Below the pieces are notes generated by a model that was given only the letters and a program-made list of their open reading frames with translations, searched no databases and had not been told where the DNA came from. Both the position numbers and the translations under genes were made by a program. Below are positions 34,530 to 48,779 of a stretch of 64,000 bases of DNA, piece after piece (within the stretch, counting starts at the first letter, position 1; each line of letters opens with the position of its first letter). The stretch comes from Callorhinchus milii (lineage: Eukaryota), in the NCBI RefSeq assembly GCF_018977255.1, contig NW_024704745.1:65348001-65412000 (forward strand), read 5' to 3'.

Positions 34530-34962
34530 GGTATTCCAATTCCTGAGCCATGCGAGTCTGCAGGAATCCAAGGCATTGCTAATATCAGACCGTCTAGCAC
34601 ACCTTGTGGCAAGACTTGGAGGTATAGGCCAGTTACTTGGGGCAAGGTTTCTTCAGATGTAGTTCCAGTTAATCCTGCAAACCAAATTCCTAACAGGTAG
34701 TGTGGCTCTAGCTGGACAAGCAGCATGGTAAGTTCTATGGTTTTAGCTGGTTAAACTCCAGCAGTACCTAGCACACATTCTTGGGTTCCCCAAGTCTTGG
34801 CTCTTGCCAGTCTAATACTTTACAGTAGGTTAGCAGAGCGCATCCCATTCCAAACAAAGTAGCATTTCCTTGAGTTTGGGGCAAGTATGCAGTGCAACTC
34901 GGTCTGAGTACTTTTAAGCATGGTGATACGCTTCCATATGTGTCAGACACCCAGCTGACCTT
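34530..34962 (+). repeat. Unclassified interspersed repeat, copy 3
   Basis: ggttttagctggttaaactccagcagtacc...cagacacccagctgac. Confidence 0.8.
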
Positions 34963-36897
34963 GCCAACGTAAAATGCAAAGAATGTTTAGCAAGAAATTA
35001 AAAATGTACATGTAAGGTGATAAAACTGTTAATTAAATTACAAGTTGGAAAGTAGAATTCTGGTTATCGGCTTGTCCGACTGTATACTTCAAGTTGGACT
35101 GTGATATTGGATACATTTATGTTAAATTGTCTGGATGTAAACATAAGGTTTCAATCGGGACTCTGAATTGGCAGCATGAGGTGGAGAGATTTAATTCAGT
35201 TAGGTATACAGTGAGGGACTAGATATACCAAGACAATGGGGCACACTGAATTAGTGCAAATATCGGGCTCTCTACTGTATACAAAATATATAATTGAGTC
35301 GCAGGAAGGAATCCTTGGAATATCAAAAGCAAATGGTGTTGAACCAAGACAGAAAAGTGTGGAAGACTTGTCAAGATGTAGCTGAAAGGTGAAAGGAATA
35401 TTGAAGAGCTTTGAATTACAACCCAATTAGGGAGGTGATGTGGATTGCTTTCTTCTAATAAAGTCATGGGAAATGTATGAATGCTTCCCTTTACCCTCTT
35501 ATATGAACTTAATCAATTGTTAACTTTCCAGAGCACGTACTGTGGGACTGAACTACACCACTAAACCCAGATGATGCCATGATATTCTATTATGTGGTTG
35601 CCATAAGTTACTTTGCAATTATATTTGATCTATTTTATAGTTTTTAAAAAGCAGATGCTCGTAAAATAAATTTTGCTTGTTCTATCTATTTGAGAGATAA
35701 GAATTTAATGTTTTTTTTACCCACTGTTGCGAAGCATTGTACAAATAGCTTGCTATGTTAGTGTGGGTTCACTTAAGTATAGAGTGAGCCAAGTTCTACA
35801 TCTCCTGTAAAACTCTGCAAATTAGGGTTGGGGTTTTTTGTTGTCCTGCACATTACCTTTAAATGTTAAATTGACACCAATAATGTAACATTCCCCTCCC
35901 TTGTGTCCTTGGGTATGTTAAGTTGGTTTTCAATAGTTTTAGTAAGTTAGTAACTTATTAAAATGTAGTAAATTGTAGTTTATGGGGTTGCTGAGTGGAG
36001 AAATGTGAACAACCACTTCAATGTTAACCACATTGACTGCACTCCTGAAACATGCATATATCAGTAATGTCTAGAGAAATTCTAAATGAAGTAACATACT
36101 GTGGTTTTAATGTTGTAGAGGATTGGTAATATTGGTTTGAAAAACATTATGTACTGTACAACTTTTTTTGTCTTGCATTTCTAGATGCACAAAATATCGA
36201 TTTATTTTTTCTCACTGTGATCTCCTGTGACCACAAAAGGTTTATTTATAGTTCTCCATCTGTTCTGATCGGTGTGCTTGATGGGCTGCATGTGACCACT
36301 ATGCCCTTGTAAGCTTCTCTTTGAATTTTGACTTAACTGATTCTGGCATTGACCAAGTCATATCGTGTCCCTGGAGCAGTTGCTTTTCCTGAAGCTTGAT
36401 ATTTAAAAACTTGTGTTTAGGAGTCAGAGTGGGTGTATGGTAACAAATCTTGTCTTTGGGGCATAATTCTCTCTTATTAGCAGAAGACTCCATTGGCAGA
36501 TGAATATTTTTGCTAACAATAATTTCAAGTTTCATTACCAGTGATAAATAGTTAAAACATCAGGTAGACTTATTTTGCACATCAACAATTGCATATTGTG
36601 TTTTACAGTCTTCAGTGGTGTGGTCTCCAGTGGCAGTAGATTACTATTGTAAATGATTTAAACCATTGGGGAAACGTAGCACTGCATCAGTATGTGTTCC
36701 AGTGCATGTAAAACATGGTTCAATGGTCATTTAATTTCATACTTTACAACTGCATATAATGTGTATTTTTTGTTCAGCTATAATATTGAATGCCCAACAT
36801 ATTTTGAGGTCGGATTTATAGGGAATGGGGACACTTTTTAGGAAAGAAATGACTATTTTATAATTTTCAGCAGTGCATGTAAAACACGGTTTATTAT

Positions 36898-37261
36898 TAA
36901 TAATAATAATCCTTGCATTTAATATAGTACTTTTCATGTCTTCTAGAATCTCAAAGCGCTTCACAGAATATGCTGTAAAGTGAATTGACTATACATTTGT
37001 GGGCGAAACACGGCAGCCAATTGCGCAGAGCAGTGTCCCACAAACAGTCGTGGATTGAGTGACCAAATTATTTTTTTTTAAGGATTATTACCCCCGGAAA
37101 AGTGATCCGCCAATCGACTACAACCATGTTCCTGCTTACAGCTAGGTAAACAGAGGCGTGTTGAGTAAGGAAACTTGCCCAACATTCGCCCTGCCGGGAT
37201 TTGCCCTGCCAGCTCTCTCACTTTCGAGGCGAGTGTTCTAACCACTGAGCTGCAGGACTCC
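36898..37261 (-). mobile_element. Young SINE, long variant, full length
   Basis: Head ggagtcctgcagctcagtgg; internal ctctgtttacctagc module; (TTA)n tail. Confidence 0.92.
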
Positions 37262-38071
37262 ACACCATAATGGCTTCTGTTATACTGATTGACACATTAA
37301 ATGAAATGTGATTCAAAATGCATGAGATAAGATATACATGTAATGTTGCTAATGTTGCCTGGAACTTTAAAACGAAGGTAGGGTGCACATGATGCTTTAC
37401 ACATCTTGGAAAAACAAGCATGCTTTCTAACCAGATGCTTTAAGTCCCAGGGCTGCCTGTTCCTTGATGCCACCTGCCATTGTTTTGATCATTCCTGGCT
37501 TAGTTGCTAGGTGCATCACTATGCAAGGGACACGACTAAAAGAGGAGCTGACAGTTCACTTCTTCTGCAACACCAGCTGTTTTACAGTCAACCCATGTTG
37601 AGACCGAAGGCGAAGACGTCAATAATCCAGATGGTCCACTGCTAATCTAATTGGTGCAGTGGGGAACACAACAATTAAATTAATGACTCGACGGAGGGTG
37701 GGTAACCAATTCTGAATGTTGGACTTCCAAATGATGGTGCCCAATTGATTGTGCTATGGACTGGTTGGACTTGAATTCTTCTTCTGCTTCTGCCACAGCA
37801 AGAAATGAATGTTTATATGTTTGTTTTTCTCCCCTGGGAGAAGAGAGAAAGTGGAAAATTGAAGGGAGAGGTAATTGGTTTAAGGTCAGTGACCTTGGCA
37901 AAGACAATATTGCTCTCCACTCTTGACTGGGGATTGGTGGCAAACAAGGAATGGAGGGAAAATTCAAATTTGGCAGGTTATCTATTTTTTAAAAATAATA
38001 ACCTGCAACTTCTCTCACTTCAATGTTCAAGGCTAAATCCATAACCATGTAAATATGGCAGATTGTATCCC

Positions 38072-38342
38072 AGTATCTTTCAGATGAGACCTTAACCCAA
38101 GGTCCATTCTGCCTGTTAAAGAACCCTTGGCACTTTTTTTTAAAAGAGAAGAAAGTTTCTCCTGGTGCCCTGGCCAACAGCACTTGTCACTCGCTCCATG
38201 ATTTTGTGGGGCATTGCTTTATGCACATTGGCTCTTGAGTTCATCCACAAAATACACAATCACACCACTTTAGTTCTTATGAAGTGCTTTGAGAGGTCTC
38301 GACAGCGAGATAAGGCTCTATACCAAATGCAAAGATTATTAT
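38072..38342 (+). mobile_element. Old Deu SINE 3' two-thirds
   Basis: tttcagatgagaccttaacccaagg...cctggtgccctggccaac...aaatgcaaagattatt. Confidence 0.75.
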
Positions 38343-39022
38343 AGCAAATATTTATTTTGTCTTAATTTCCTGTGAATTTCAGAACAAATTTTGTTGAGGA
38401 ATTGGTGAAAAAACAGCTATTGCCAAATGGTGTTTAATTGTATTTGGAAATCTCTTCACTATTTTGAATGGAATTGTTCATGACTCAGAGATTTTCTAAC
38501 TTGACAAGTACAACTCTGACAAGTAGAACAATTGAAGCATCAGTTTGATAGAACTGAGTTTTCTGCAGTTGGGGCTAAGGCTGAAATTAGGTAGCGAGGT
38601 TAATGTTCAGACTGATCTGTGCCAGAGCTGAGGAATGATTGGTTATATCAGCCTAGATACAAAATGACTCTTCTGTTTTCTGTTCAGGAATCTGATAGTA
38701 ATCTCATTTGGAATTTGGGAGTTATTTTTTAATCTGAACTATGTGTGATGTGTAGTTGCAATATTGTTTTTGAGGTTATCAAATCTGTTTCTCTTTACTC
38801 CTCACTCAAGAATACCAGGTAATATAGTTGAGCATATCTGACAGAAGCGAAGATTTAATTATTTTATATATCTTGACTAATGAAATGGAAACCCAAGCAG
38901 CCAGGTTAATGTATTAAATTGTGTGCAATCAAGTTTCAATTATACATATTTACAGTTTGATAAGATTTGATCTTTTTTCTGTTCTTATATTGAACAGTAG
39001 AGTTTTGGCCACTTTGCAATCT

Positions 39023-39393
39023 TAATAATAATAATCATCATCATCCTTGAATTTGATATAGCGCCTTATCACTTCATTGAGACGTCTCAAAGCGCTTCAC
39101 ACAATATACTGTGAAGTGAAGTGACTGTATTTTGTGGGCAAAACGCGGCAGCCAATTGCGCACAGCAATGTCTGACAAACAGTCATGGATTGAATGACCA
39201 TATTATTATTACTTTTTTTTGGAGGGATTTTTAACCCTGGAAAAGTAATCTGCCATTTGACTAACACTGGGTTCCTACTGACTGCTAGGTGAACAGAGGA
39301 GTGTGGAGTAAGGAAACTTGTACAATGCTTCGTCCTGTCGGGAATCGAACCCAGGTTGCGAGGCGAGTGCTCAAACCACTAAACTACAGGACT
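39023..39393 (-). mobile_element. Young SINE, long variant
   Basis: Full head to tail. Confidence 0.9.
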
Positions 39394-39446
39394 GAGAATC
39401 TTGAAAAACTCCCACATTTAAAAGTGTATTTTATGTATTGCTCTAT

Positions 39447-39797
39447 ATAATAATCCTTGCATTTGATTACAGCGCCTTACCACGTTTTCAAGGTGGCTCA
39501 AAGCACTTCACAGGATATACTCTTAAGTGAATTGACTGTATATTTTGTGCGTGAAACGTGGCAACCAATTGCACCTAGCAGTGTCCCACAAACAGTCGTG
39601 GATTGAGTGACCACATTTTTTTTAAGGGTTTATTACCCCCAGAAAAGAAATCTGCCAAACGCGTTCCTATTTACTGCTAGGTAAACAGAGGTGTGTGGAG
39701 TAAGGAAACTTGTCCAACGTTTCACCTTGCCTGGTAATCGAACCCATGTCCTCTTGCATGTGAGGCGAGTGCTCTAACCACTGAGCTACAGGACTCC
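39447..39797 (-). mobile_element. Young SINE, long variant
   Basis: Full head to tail, tandem to the previous copy. Confidence 0.9.
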
Positions 39798-39918
39798 GCT
39801 ATGGCAGTGTGCACATTGGTTAATTTTGGTTGTGAAAATAATAACTCTTAAATTTGGTACAAGCACCTACGTCAAAACATCTCAGATCACGAATGTGGCA
39901 GTTAATGTGCGCACAGCA

Positions 39919-39999
39919 AATAATAATCATCCTTGCATTTGATATAGCGCTTTATCACGTCTTCGACACGTCTCAAAGCACTTCACAGAATATACTGTA
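39919..39999 (-). mobile_element. Young SINE tail fragment
   Basis: aataataatcatccttgcatttgatatagcgc...cacagaatatactgta. Confidence 0.85.
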
Positions 40000-40044
40000 G
40001 CTATAATTGTTAATTTATAATCTGTTATTACTCAATGCTGTCAT

Positions 40045-40891
40045 TGAACATACTTGAGAATTAGGCAGATCGGTGGCAGATGAAATTCAATGTGGAGAAA
40101 TGTAAAGCCACTTCACATGGGGACAAAAAATCCTGGAAGGGACTATTATTTGAATGGAAGGAAAATAATATTTATGAAAATGAAAAGGACCTGGGGATCC
40201 TGATTGACAATAAATTGAGGCTCTCCCAACAGTGCTCCATGTCAGTGAATAAAACAAACCAGATGTTGGGATGTATCAAAAGATCAATTGCAAGCCAAAA
40301 TAGTGGGGTAATCCTGCCATTGTATAAATTATTGGTGAGACCACACTTAGAGTACTGTGTACAGTTCTGGTCACCGTAATACAAAAAGGATATTGGAGAA
40401 ATCGAGAAGATACAGAGGAGGGCAACCAAAATGATTGAGGGAGTGGAAGGGCTGGACTATGAGGAGCGAATAAATAAATTGGGCATGTTCACGCTGGAAA
40501 AGAGAAGATTGAGAGATGATGTGATTGCTGTCTTTAAGATTCTAAAGGGACAAAACAATATAGATCATGACAGGCTGTTTCAACTTGTCCAGAATAGTAA
40601 AACCAGAGGACACGGCCTGCGATTGAAGGGGAGTAAATTCAGAACTAATCTACCAAACACTATTTCAGTGAGCGAATAGTGAACCTGTGGAATAGACTCC
40701 CCAGGGAGATGGTCAAAGCAGGAAGTGTTAATTCTTTCAAACACAGATTAGATAGTTTTCTTTTAGTAAATAACATTATGGGATGTAGTACATAGATAGT
40801 TTGGGACATATGTGCATGCGACTGCCAGGAAGGTGGAAGGCAAACTAGATGGACCTTGGTCNTTTTTCGTCCAGCATTTCTTATGTTCTTA
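40045..40891 (+). mobile_element. CR1-clade LINE 3' fragment (same family as 3110-4020)
   Basis: [32 protein letters not shown], tail ttcttatgttctta. Confidence 0.93.
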
Positions 40892-42827
40892 ATGCTCAAT
40901 AAAGCAAAGATAAATGAAGCAAATAAAAATAAATTATAAAGTGGGGAAAGACGCCTGAGAGGGAGGGAGAGAATTCTTAGGATTAGAAGGAAAGAACTTG
41001 TGCCTGAAATGCCAGCAATGGAAAGGATTGTACATACATTTGTCAGCGATGGTTGTTTGACCTACTTTCCCACAGCTCCCACACCTTATTATGCCAATTA
41101 CTGTAATATTTAAATTCTCTGGAAGTATTTGTCCCTCTGCTGCTTTTTCTTTACACCATGAACCTCCTACTCATACTTGTATACTTGTTTTTACCATTGT
41201 TAATTTTTGGTTTAAATTTGTATTGAATGGTACAATGTTATATTTGATTCTTCAGAACATCCAATTTTCTCAGAAATGTCAGGAGTTTAATCTGGGAAAG
41301 ACACACTTGCTAAATGGAGCATTGCTGTAGTTTTTCAACCATTCAAGAGGACAAATCTAACAGATCGTTTTGTCCAGATGTAGCTCATTAAGAGAATTCA
41401 TTAGCTCATTATTTTTAAAAATAATGAACTAGCCAGTGGGGTCCTGAGTGCAATATTTGCAAACCTGAAGTAAGTCTGTTAGCTATGTTTGATTGGTTTG
41501 CAAATATCCTTTTGAAGGTAATCAATACCAATAGGATACTGTCAGTAATGTAGTGATTTTTCTTTTGATGTAATGCAGAAGTTAGATTAAATTATTTTAT
41601 GGGCTTTTCATACACCTGGATCGCACTTTCAGTCTTCTCTCTTTCCCCTTGGATGCACAGCTAACTGAGATGTCCTCCTGACATGAAATGAACTATAAAA
41701 GAAATCTCTCTATGGCCTCACCCCATTCATCGCACTCTTATATCTGCCGCCTCCTGCAATCTCCCAAGCTGCTCCTGCTCATTTAGCTTGGAGCCTTACC
41801 AAGACCTCTGCATAATTGACAAGATCTTTCTGTTTTTTAATTGCAGTACAAAAATATAGAATAACATTGCTGACCATCTCTTTGGAGAAACATAGCGAGA
41901 TATGACATAATCGATGGGCCAGGTCAAAAAGACATGGCATATATTACCATTTTACCTGCAACTTCTCCAGGATGTGTTTAAGGCAGTTGGGTGTTCTAGT
42001 GGTGAGGGCAAAAAGTATGATATTGCATAGGATTTTCAGCTAGTTTTCCTTTAAACCAGTCAACCTCCTACTCATACCAGTCCTGCTTGATTGTACATGC
42101 CACTGCAGAAATAATTTCCCATGCTTTATTAGAAGTCTGTGTATCAAGTTGTACTTAATTCTGAGATTATTTGGGTGCCTCCTACAGCATATCTGCTTAA
42201 TGCAGCACAGCATTTATAATCTCCAGAGATTTAAGGAAAAGGAGGAGAGAGGAAGAGAAGGATTTGGGTTTTTCTGCCAGTGCTGCGACTTGCTGAGGAG
42301 GAGAACACAATTCAAAAGTTTTTTTTGAGGATCTCAAGCTAAAAATTGGAATATGTGTCAGGGAAAAATGAAATACTTTGGCATAATGAATTGTAGGAAT
42401 GCTGCTGAAAAGTTTAATTTTCTGCTGCCAAAGTTCTATCAGAATTTCCTGTTTTGGCAAAGCAAGTGCATCACTTTAACAATAGGAAATAAACCCAGTA
42501 TACCGTTTACCATAGGCAATATTAAATAGTGTTTTTTGTTCTTTCCTTTTCATAGGGAGAAGATCTTCGGTTACCTAGATGTTGTTAAATTTGTATTAAG
42601 ATCAATAAGTAGAAATAAAAGAGTAACGTTTTTAGAAGAAAAATCTTGTTTCGGTCTTACTGACAGGCTCATTACTGTGCAGGATTCTCACTGTCGGCTT
42701 TATCTAATCACTACTCTGAAGGCTGAACCCTGCCACTTGCTTTCTGCATTTATCTTTATTCAAACATACAAATGGATTTAGGTGGATTCTATTAACGAGG
42801 CCATTAAACCTATTGAAATTTATGATT

Positions 42828-42841
42828 GTTGCTATGGTAAC
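42828..42841. promoter_or_regulatory. RFX X-box motif in a repeat-free CNE-like block
   Basis: GTTGCTATGGTAAC matches GTNRCC/YATGGYAAC-type consensus. Confidence 0.45.
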
Positions 42842-45304
42842 CTAAGAGATGAAATGAAAAAAACTTGGTGTGGTACTCCACTTTATACTTCAGATTGGTT
42901 AATGATTTTTAAATTCAATCATGGTTTAATATATAGTTGTTATTCGACAAGTCTATCGCTGATATTTAGTTTAATTTCTTCACAATCCTTGTAAATAATT
43001 GATTCCTATGAATCAGACAAAGATAGTGGTGGAAGAAATCAACATTGGAATAGGGCAGTCAGTGGTGGCCAACTTTTTTGGTTGGCCAACAAAATAATCA
43101 TAGAAATAACACAATTGCATAGATTTATGCCATAAGTCGAAGTATTCCATCAAGAATCATTTATTTTGTTGACCACTTGAATAGGGTGTTCCTCTCGGAG
43201 CTGTCTGACGATAGTAGAGAGGAACAACAAAGCTATTCCTGCGGGACACTGTAATTAAAGGGATCAATGGCCTTTTTTTGCAGCCGTAATTATTGATTCT
43301 AAATGCTGTATTGCCTTACAAATACCAAAGCAAGGGGTATAATTGAGAGGGAAGTAATGGTTAATGTAGAAACCAGTGATGTAGGAAGGATGGAAGCTTT
43401 CCAAGTGAGTTTAAAGAATTAAACACTAGACCAAAATGCCGCAATAGTTATTTTTGATCCTTTACATTCCAATTTTCCTATTATATTCAATGATCTCAAA
43501 ACCAAATGTAACAAATTTTAGGTGGTCTAAGTTAGCTGAGCATGTCTGATTTCCACATTAAAAAATGCCTTGAGATCCATTCCAAAATTTGTCACATTTG
43601 ATTTTGAGTATTGAATATTTGGAAGAAGTAGGTGAAATGCTATCTGTTTTGCAGAAAATTAAAACGTTTAATTCGTTGCTCATTTAACTTTTTTTTAAAA
43701 AATCCACGGTTTGAGGTGGTGATTTGTGTTAATTAAATGGTGGGGTCATTCAAGTAATCTGAATTTATTTTACTGCAGGACAATTGGTCGCATTAAGTGA
43801 TACCCCCACTGAATTACAGTTTTAAATTGTAGCTAATAAATAGCTTGTTGAATATTGCGTATGATTTTTTTCCCCTCATGGCTGTAAGTTTGCCATGCGA
43901 TTTGAATATATTTAAAAAATTTTATTGTGAAAGCGTAATCTTGCACTTTTTTTAATAACCTAATTTACTGTCAAAGCAGATCACAAGTGATGGTGTGACC
44001 CAGGATTAAGTGCTCTTTCTCCTATGAATGAATGTGAATAAAGAGCTTTTATATTTACTGAAGGTGACCATAATGTATCGTTACTGAAAATTGCCTTGTA
44101 CTGTGGAAAATATACTATAATTGTGGCGATGCCAAATTCTGTATAGATGTGTTGTAAAAATTTTCCCGATTAACATTAGAAGTTAGGATTTTTTTTCCTT
44201 GGTAGATATTGACATCTTGACTTTTCCCTGACAGCGGATACAGAGACCTTTACTTGTTCCCTTTTTGGTTAATTGTTTTTAATATTGCCTTTTTTTTGAC
44301 CCAAATGCAGTTTTCATTGATGGATTGTCACCTTCTGTACTCTGAGCCATAAAGGGCACCCTGCGTAAAAGGCACTGTGCAAATGCAAGTTGTTGTTGTT
44401 TACTTAGTAAAAATTATTATGAATTTACACAACATAATCTCAAATTGGTTTGGTAGAGGCACTCAGGAGCAGGCAAAATAGAACTTTTAGTAGTGCCTGG
44501 GCCATTTGGACATTGAAGTGCAGTAACAAAATCATGGGCCGCTAAAGCTGCAATTTCCTAGCCAAGAGAATCTACAGTTCAATTTTTATGATAGACTGGG
44601 GCCGGGCACAACACCTAAATTTGGGGACATTCTCAACAAGATAAAATGGGTCAAAGAAGATTGGAGAGTAGATGAGCTAAAAGCAGTATTTTATTACTAA
44701 TCTTAACGGCATAATATTATCAGTTTAGCAACCAACTGGGATCTTATTGTAGGAGCTTGTAAGCTTAATTAAAATTATTTTAAGATGCTATTAGTGGTGG
44801 TATGAGCCTGAAAGATTATGCAACATAATACCCAAGTTATACTGTATGGCGTATAGTCACATGAGTGAGCATCAGAATTGCACTGCTCTTTCTACATCGC
44901 TGTCACCCAAGGCAAAGTGCAATTTAAGGTAGAAAGTAAAATAGAAATACTGTAAGTTTGTAACGGTTCAATTAGCACCTAAAGGAGAAGGGTAGGGTTT
45001 CAGGCAAGGCACTTCATCTGAACCCTCTGAAGGTTTGTGCCAAAAATATTAATTTCTCTTTCAGATGCTAACTGACGTGCTGTGAATTTCCAGCATTTTT
45101 GCTTTATATCTGCTGATTTACAGTACATGACCTACTTAATACTTACTTTTAGTAAAGTGGTATCGGAATGTTCGTTGATTTTAATGTTAGTGAAAAACAC
45201 TGACCGTTTTCTTGTCTATCGTTTTGTTTTATAAATGTTTCCGGGGTATGGTGGTAATTTGGGTCAATTAAATTGTGGGGTCATTCAAGAATCATTTTCT
45301 TTCT

Positions 45305-45545
45305 ATAATGATATTCCTTACATTTGATATAGTGCCTTTCATAAGAGGAGGATATCTCAAAGTGCTACACAGAATTAACTGTAAAGTATAGTAAATGTGT
45401 ATTTTATAGGGCGCAAACTTGAATACCTCAGTGTCCTAAAAATAGCCTTGAAGTTTTTTTGGGGGGTTGCTGGCCAGAATGCCAGGATAACCTTCCTTCT
45501 CTTTTTAAATAAGTGCCATGGAATCATAAATGCCCACCTATGATG
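45305..45545 (-). mobile_element. Old Deu SINE fragment
   Basis: ttacatttgatatagtgcctttc tail; gctggccagaatgccagga...gtgccatgg...cccacct. Confidence 0.65.
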
Positions 45546-46454
45546 AACAGTAACTGCCCTTTTTTGGGGCATAGTTAGACTTTTTTTTTGCTGTTTTTCA
45601 GTACTGAAACATTGGCCGATACCATTGGATTGGAAAAAAATGTGGAAATGAAATTTTAAAAAGATAAGTTACTATGGAAGAATTAAATGACTCAGCATAG
45701 TCAATGCGCTGGCTGAGGATACCATGTTCCATGTTTCTAATTGCCATTTGTTGTGTACTGATTTGCTTTGTTAAGATGGCACTGGCACTAATTTTATAGA
45801 TTTTGGATAGCACGATTTCTCAATTCTCGTTGTTGCCACAGGGCACAACTTAATTTTTGATTAGATAGTAAGCATTGGTGGCTTTTTACAGTATTTCTAT
45901 CTGACTTATTCTGCAATATTTAAAATGCTTTTAAAGGTCATACATGCTTTCTGTAATATACCAAGTTGAGCAATTTTTCAAAAGACTGTATGGGTGACAT
46001 TAATGCAAGCAGGATCCTCTGGGTGATTTTAGTTTCCCATTTTGTTTGTGTGTCGTATGTGTTTCCCACATCTGTTTTGACAATGTCCTGTAATCTAATA
46101 TAATTTATATATATTTTAACCTAAGTAAAATGTTTTGTTAAAGTATCTGGAGTTGCATACATTATCAAATGTGGATGATGTACAAGCATGTGCAGCTTTT
46201 GTGTGATCTAATAATTTTTATACTTGGGGGAACTTGCACAAGATATTAACAGGACAATTCATGATTGGAATCTGGGTACTGCAGCTGTGCAAATTGAAAT
46301 CCTGGAAAACCCATTTCTTGGTGTCTCAGTAGTTAATCTCTAGAATGAATTGCTTTCCGATCGTTGATGATTTATGTGAAACCATTTTTTAAAAAAAATA
46401 TAAACTGTCCATAAGAAGCCTATGCTCTGTTGTATACTTGTTTGAGGTAAAGAT

Positions 46455-47000
46455 CAGCTTGGCTCAGTTGTTAGTACGCTTGCCTCTGGGTCAAAAGGTT
46501 ATGGTTTCAAGCCCTAAATTGGGATTTTGAGATGTATAGCTTGATACTCCAGTACTGGAAGAGTGCAGCATTGTCATTGGTGCTGTGCTTTGGATGAGAT
46601 TTTAAGCCAAGGCCCCATCTCCCTGTTCATGTGGATGTTATAAGACTTCATTACATTATTTGAAAAGAAAATACTTTTTCCTGGGTGTTCAGGCCAACAA
46701 TCCCCCCTTTCCAATACATTAACCATTCACTTCATGGCTAGTTGGTGACTACATTGCTATATGCTAATTGACTGTCGTCTTCACTTACAAATAGCACTAC
46801 ATTTCACAGAGTTTTGTGGAATGTTTGACTTTCTCTTTGACTGTGCCTTCGGTCACCCTCCTACCCCTACCCTCCACCCATCCTGTTCCCAAGCTCGGGT
46901 GCGGATCTCTGACTGTCCAGCGCTTTAGAACGTCCTCCTGGTGTGAAAGGCTCCATACAAATATAATTTGTTGTTGGTATGTGCTATATAAAATGTAACC
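46455..47000 (+). mobile_element. Old Deu SINE with an L2 3' tail inserted (~46825-46976)
   Basis: tcagcttggctcagttgttagtac head; gatgagattttaagccaaggcccc; L2 tail cagcgctttagaacgtcctcc...tttgttgttg. Confidence 0.72.
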
Positions 47001-48189
47001 GTTATTGTATTATTTAGGAACCCAAGATTATCTGAATATCTAAATGTCATCAAATAGAATTGGTCTACATTATGTGTCAAATTTAAGGCGAAGTTTAGTT
47101 ATTTCATAATTTTTATCTAATGTTTTTCTTATTGGTATTGCAGAAATGGATGCAGCGAATGAGCGTAACAGCTGTCATCAATTTGACCTGTAAGGTTGCA
47201 TTCCTACGTCATACAGTTGTGGTTCATTGTGTGGGAGCTGAACTGGGAGTTGATGAGATTACATGACAATTTGGATGACTTGGATGATAGGGCTATTGAA
47301 GCATGTTGAACCTCCCTAAACTGTTTTCTAGCCTGGTTTAGTGTTTACCACCACTTAAATCCACAGAATGTGAACTAAAAGCTGACAGCGTGTAAAACTA
47401 GGCTGAAGAGATAAAAGGAACTTGTTCAAGTAACTGATGGATTTTGTTAGTAGTTAAATAAGCAATTGCACATTGTGACATTGTCTGTAAAGTCTTATTG
47501 CGATCCCAAACTAGATTGTTTAGTGATATAGGGTAGGGACATGAATCTCCAATTTGTGGATTTAATGTTAAATTATTCTTTTTATACATTGGAAAATGAA
47601 ACTGGAAGTGTCCAGCATGTAAATAGCTGCTTGTTTGTGTCATGAGTGCATTGCACCAAAATGTGATGCCTTACTCTGGTTGTTAAATCCCACTCTTATT
47701 TGATTGGTTTTGAAGCCATGATTGAAATGAGCTTAAACTGATTTATCAGTTTGCAAGTAGAGATGAGTTACAAACTTAAAACTTTTATCAATAATTTTAC
47801 TGGTTCAAGATGCATTGTGACGCTTCTAATAGTTTTAAAAAAATTCCATATTATTGATGCGTTTAGATATGACACCATTTTGTTAAAATAAAATCTGTTT
47901 ACCAGTCAGGATGACTTGAAAATATGTTAAACTGCATTCTGACCTTCTAGGGAGTTGGTGTTGAAAGGGTTGAGAGCTGCTGGTTGTTACTCATGTTTGC
48001 AAAACCCAATGTCTTGGGAAAGAGATGATGGAGATCCTTTTGGAGTTCTAAATGCCAAGCTGCTCCCAAAGGATTTACTTTTTGTTGGCAGACATTTTCA
48101 AAGCGTGTGTGGAAAGAAAATGTGGCGATTTCTCCCCTTGTCAATAAATTTACTGACTTGTGCTGAAGAACACATATCGTTATCTACTG

Positions 48190-48455
48190 ATATCAGCATG
48201 TTTTACTCAAGCCCATCGCCCCCGTCCTCACTCGGTTCCGTTGGTTCCCAATAGATTGAATTCAAGATCCTCATTCTCGCGTTCAAGTCCTGCCAGAGCA
48301 GCGCCCACACCCCCTCCCCCCATGTTACCTCAACAAATATATATCCTGCCCCATCGCCCCCTCCACTCAGCAAACATTGGCCTGCCTCATGTCCTTCTGC
48401 CTTGCCCCTCCCTCCCTCCCTCCCTTCAAACCCTGCTGTAGACCTATATTTTCAC
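48190..48455 (+). mobile_element. L2 fragment
   Basis: RIEFKIL-like gattgaattcaagatcctc segment. Confidence 0.65.
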
Positions 48456-48779
48456 TAACTAACAATCCTCTGTGTAAATAGATTTATTTCTAACCTCCCC
48501 CTTTTCTCTTCTGGTGATAATTCTCTACTCCAACTTATCCAATGTTTCTCAGCATAATTATAACCTCCCATCTTTGGTAGTTGTCATCCCAATGATGCCC
48601 TTTTTATAAAATGGTGTCCAAAAGTGGATCCATTGCTCCTATGTCTTGTACAAATTTACATTGCCCTTGTGTTCAATCCTACTACTTGAATAAATTGAAT
48701 GTGATATTATTCTGCATCAATTATAGCTGCTGCTTTAGCAGCTGCATTGAAGATCATTCCCAAAGAAGCTAGGTCAAAC

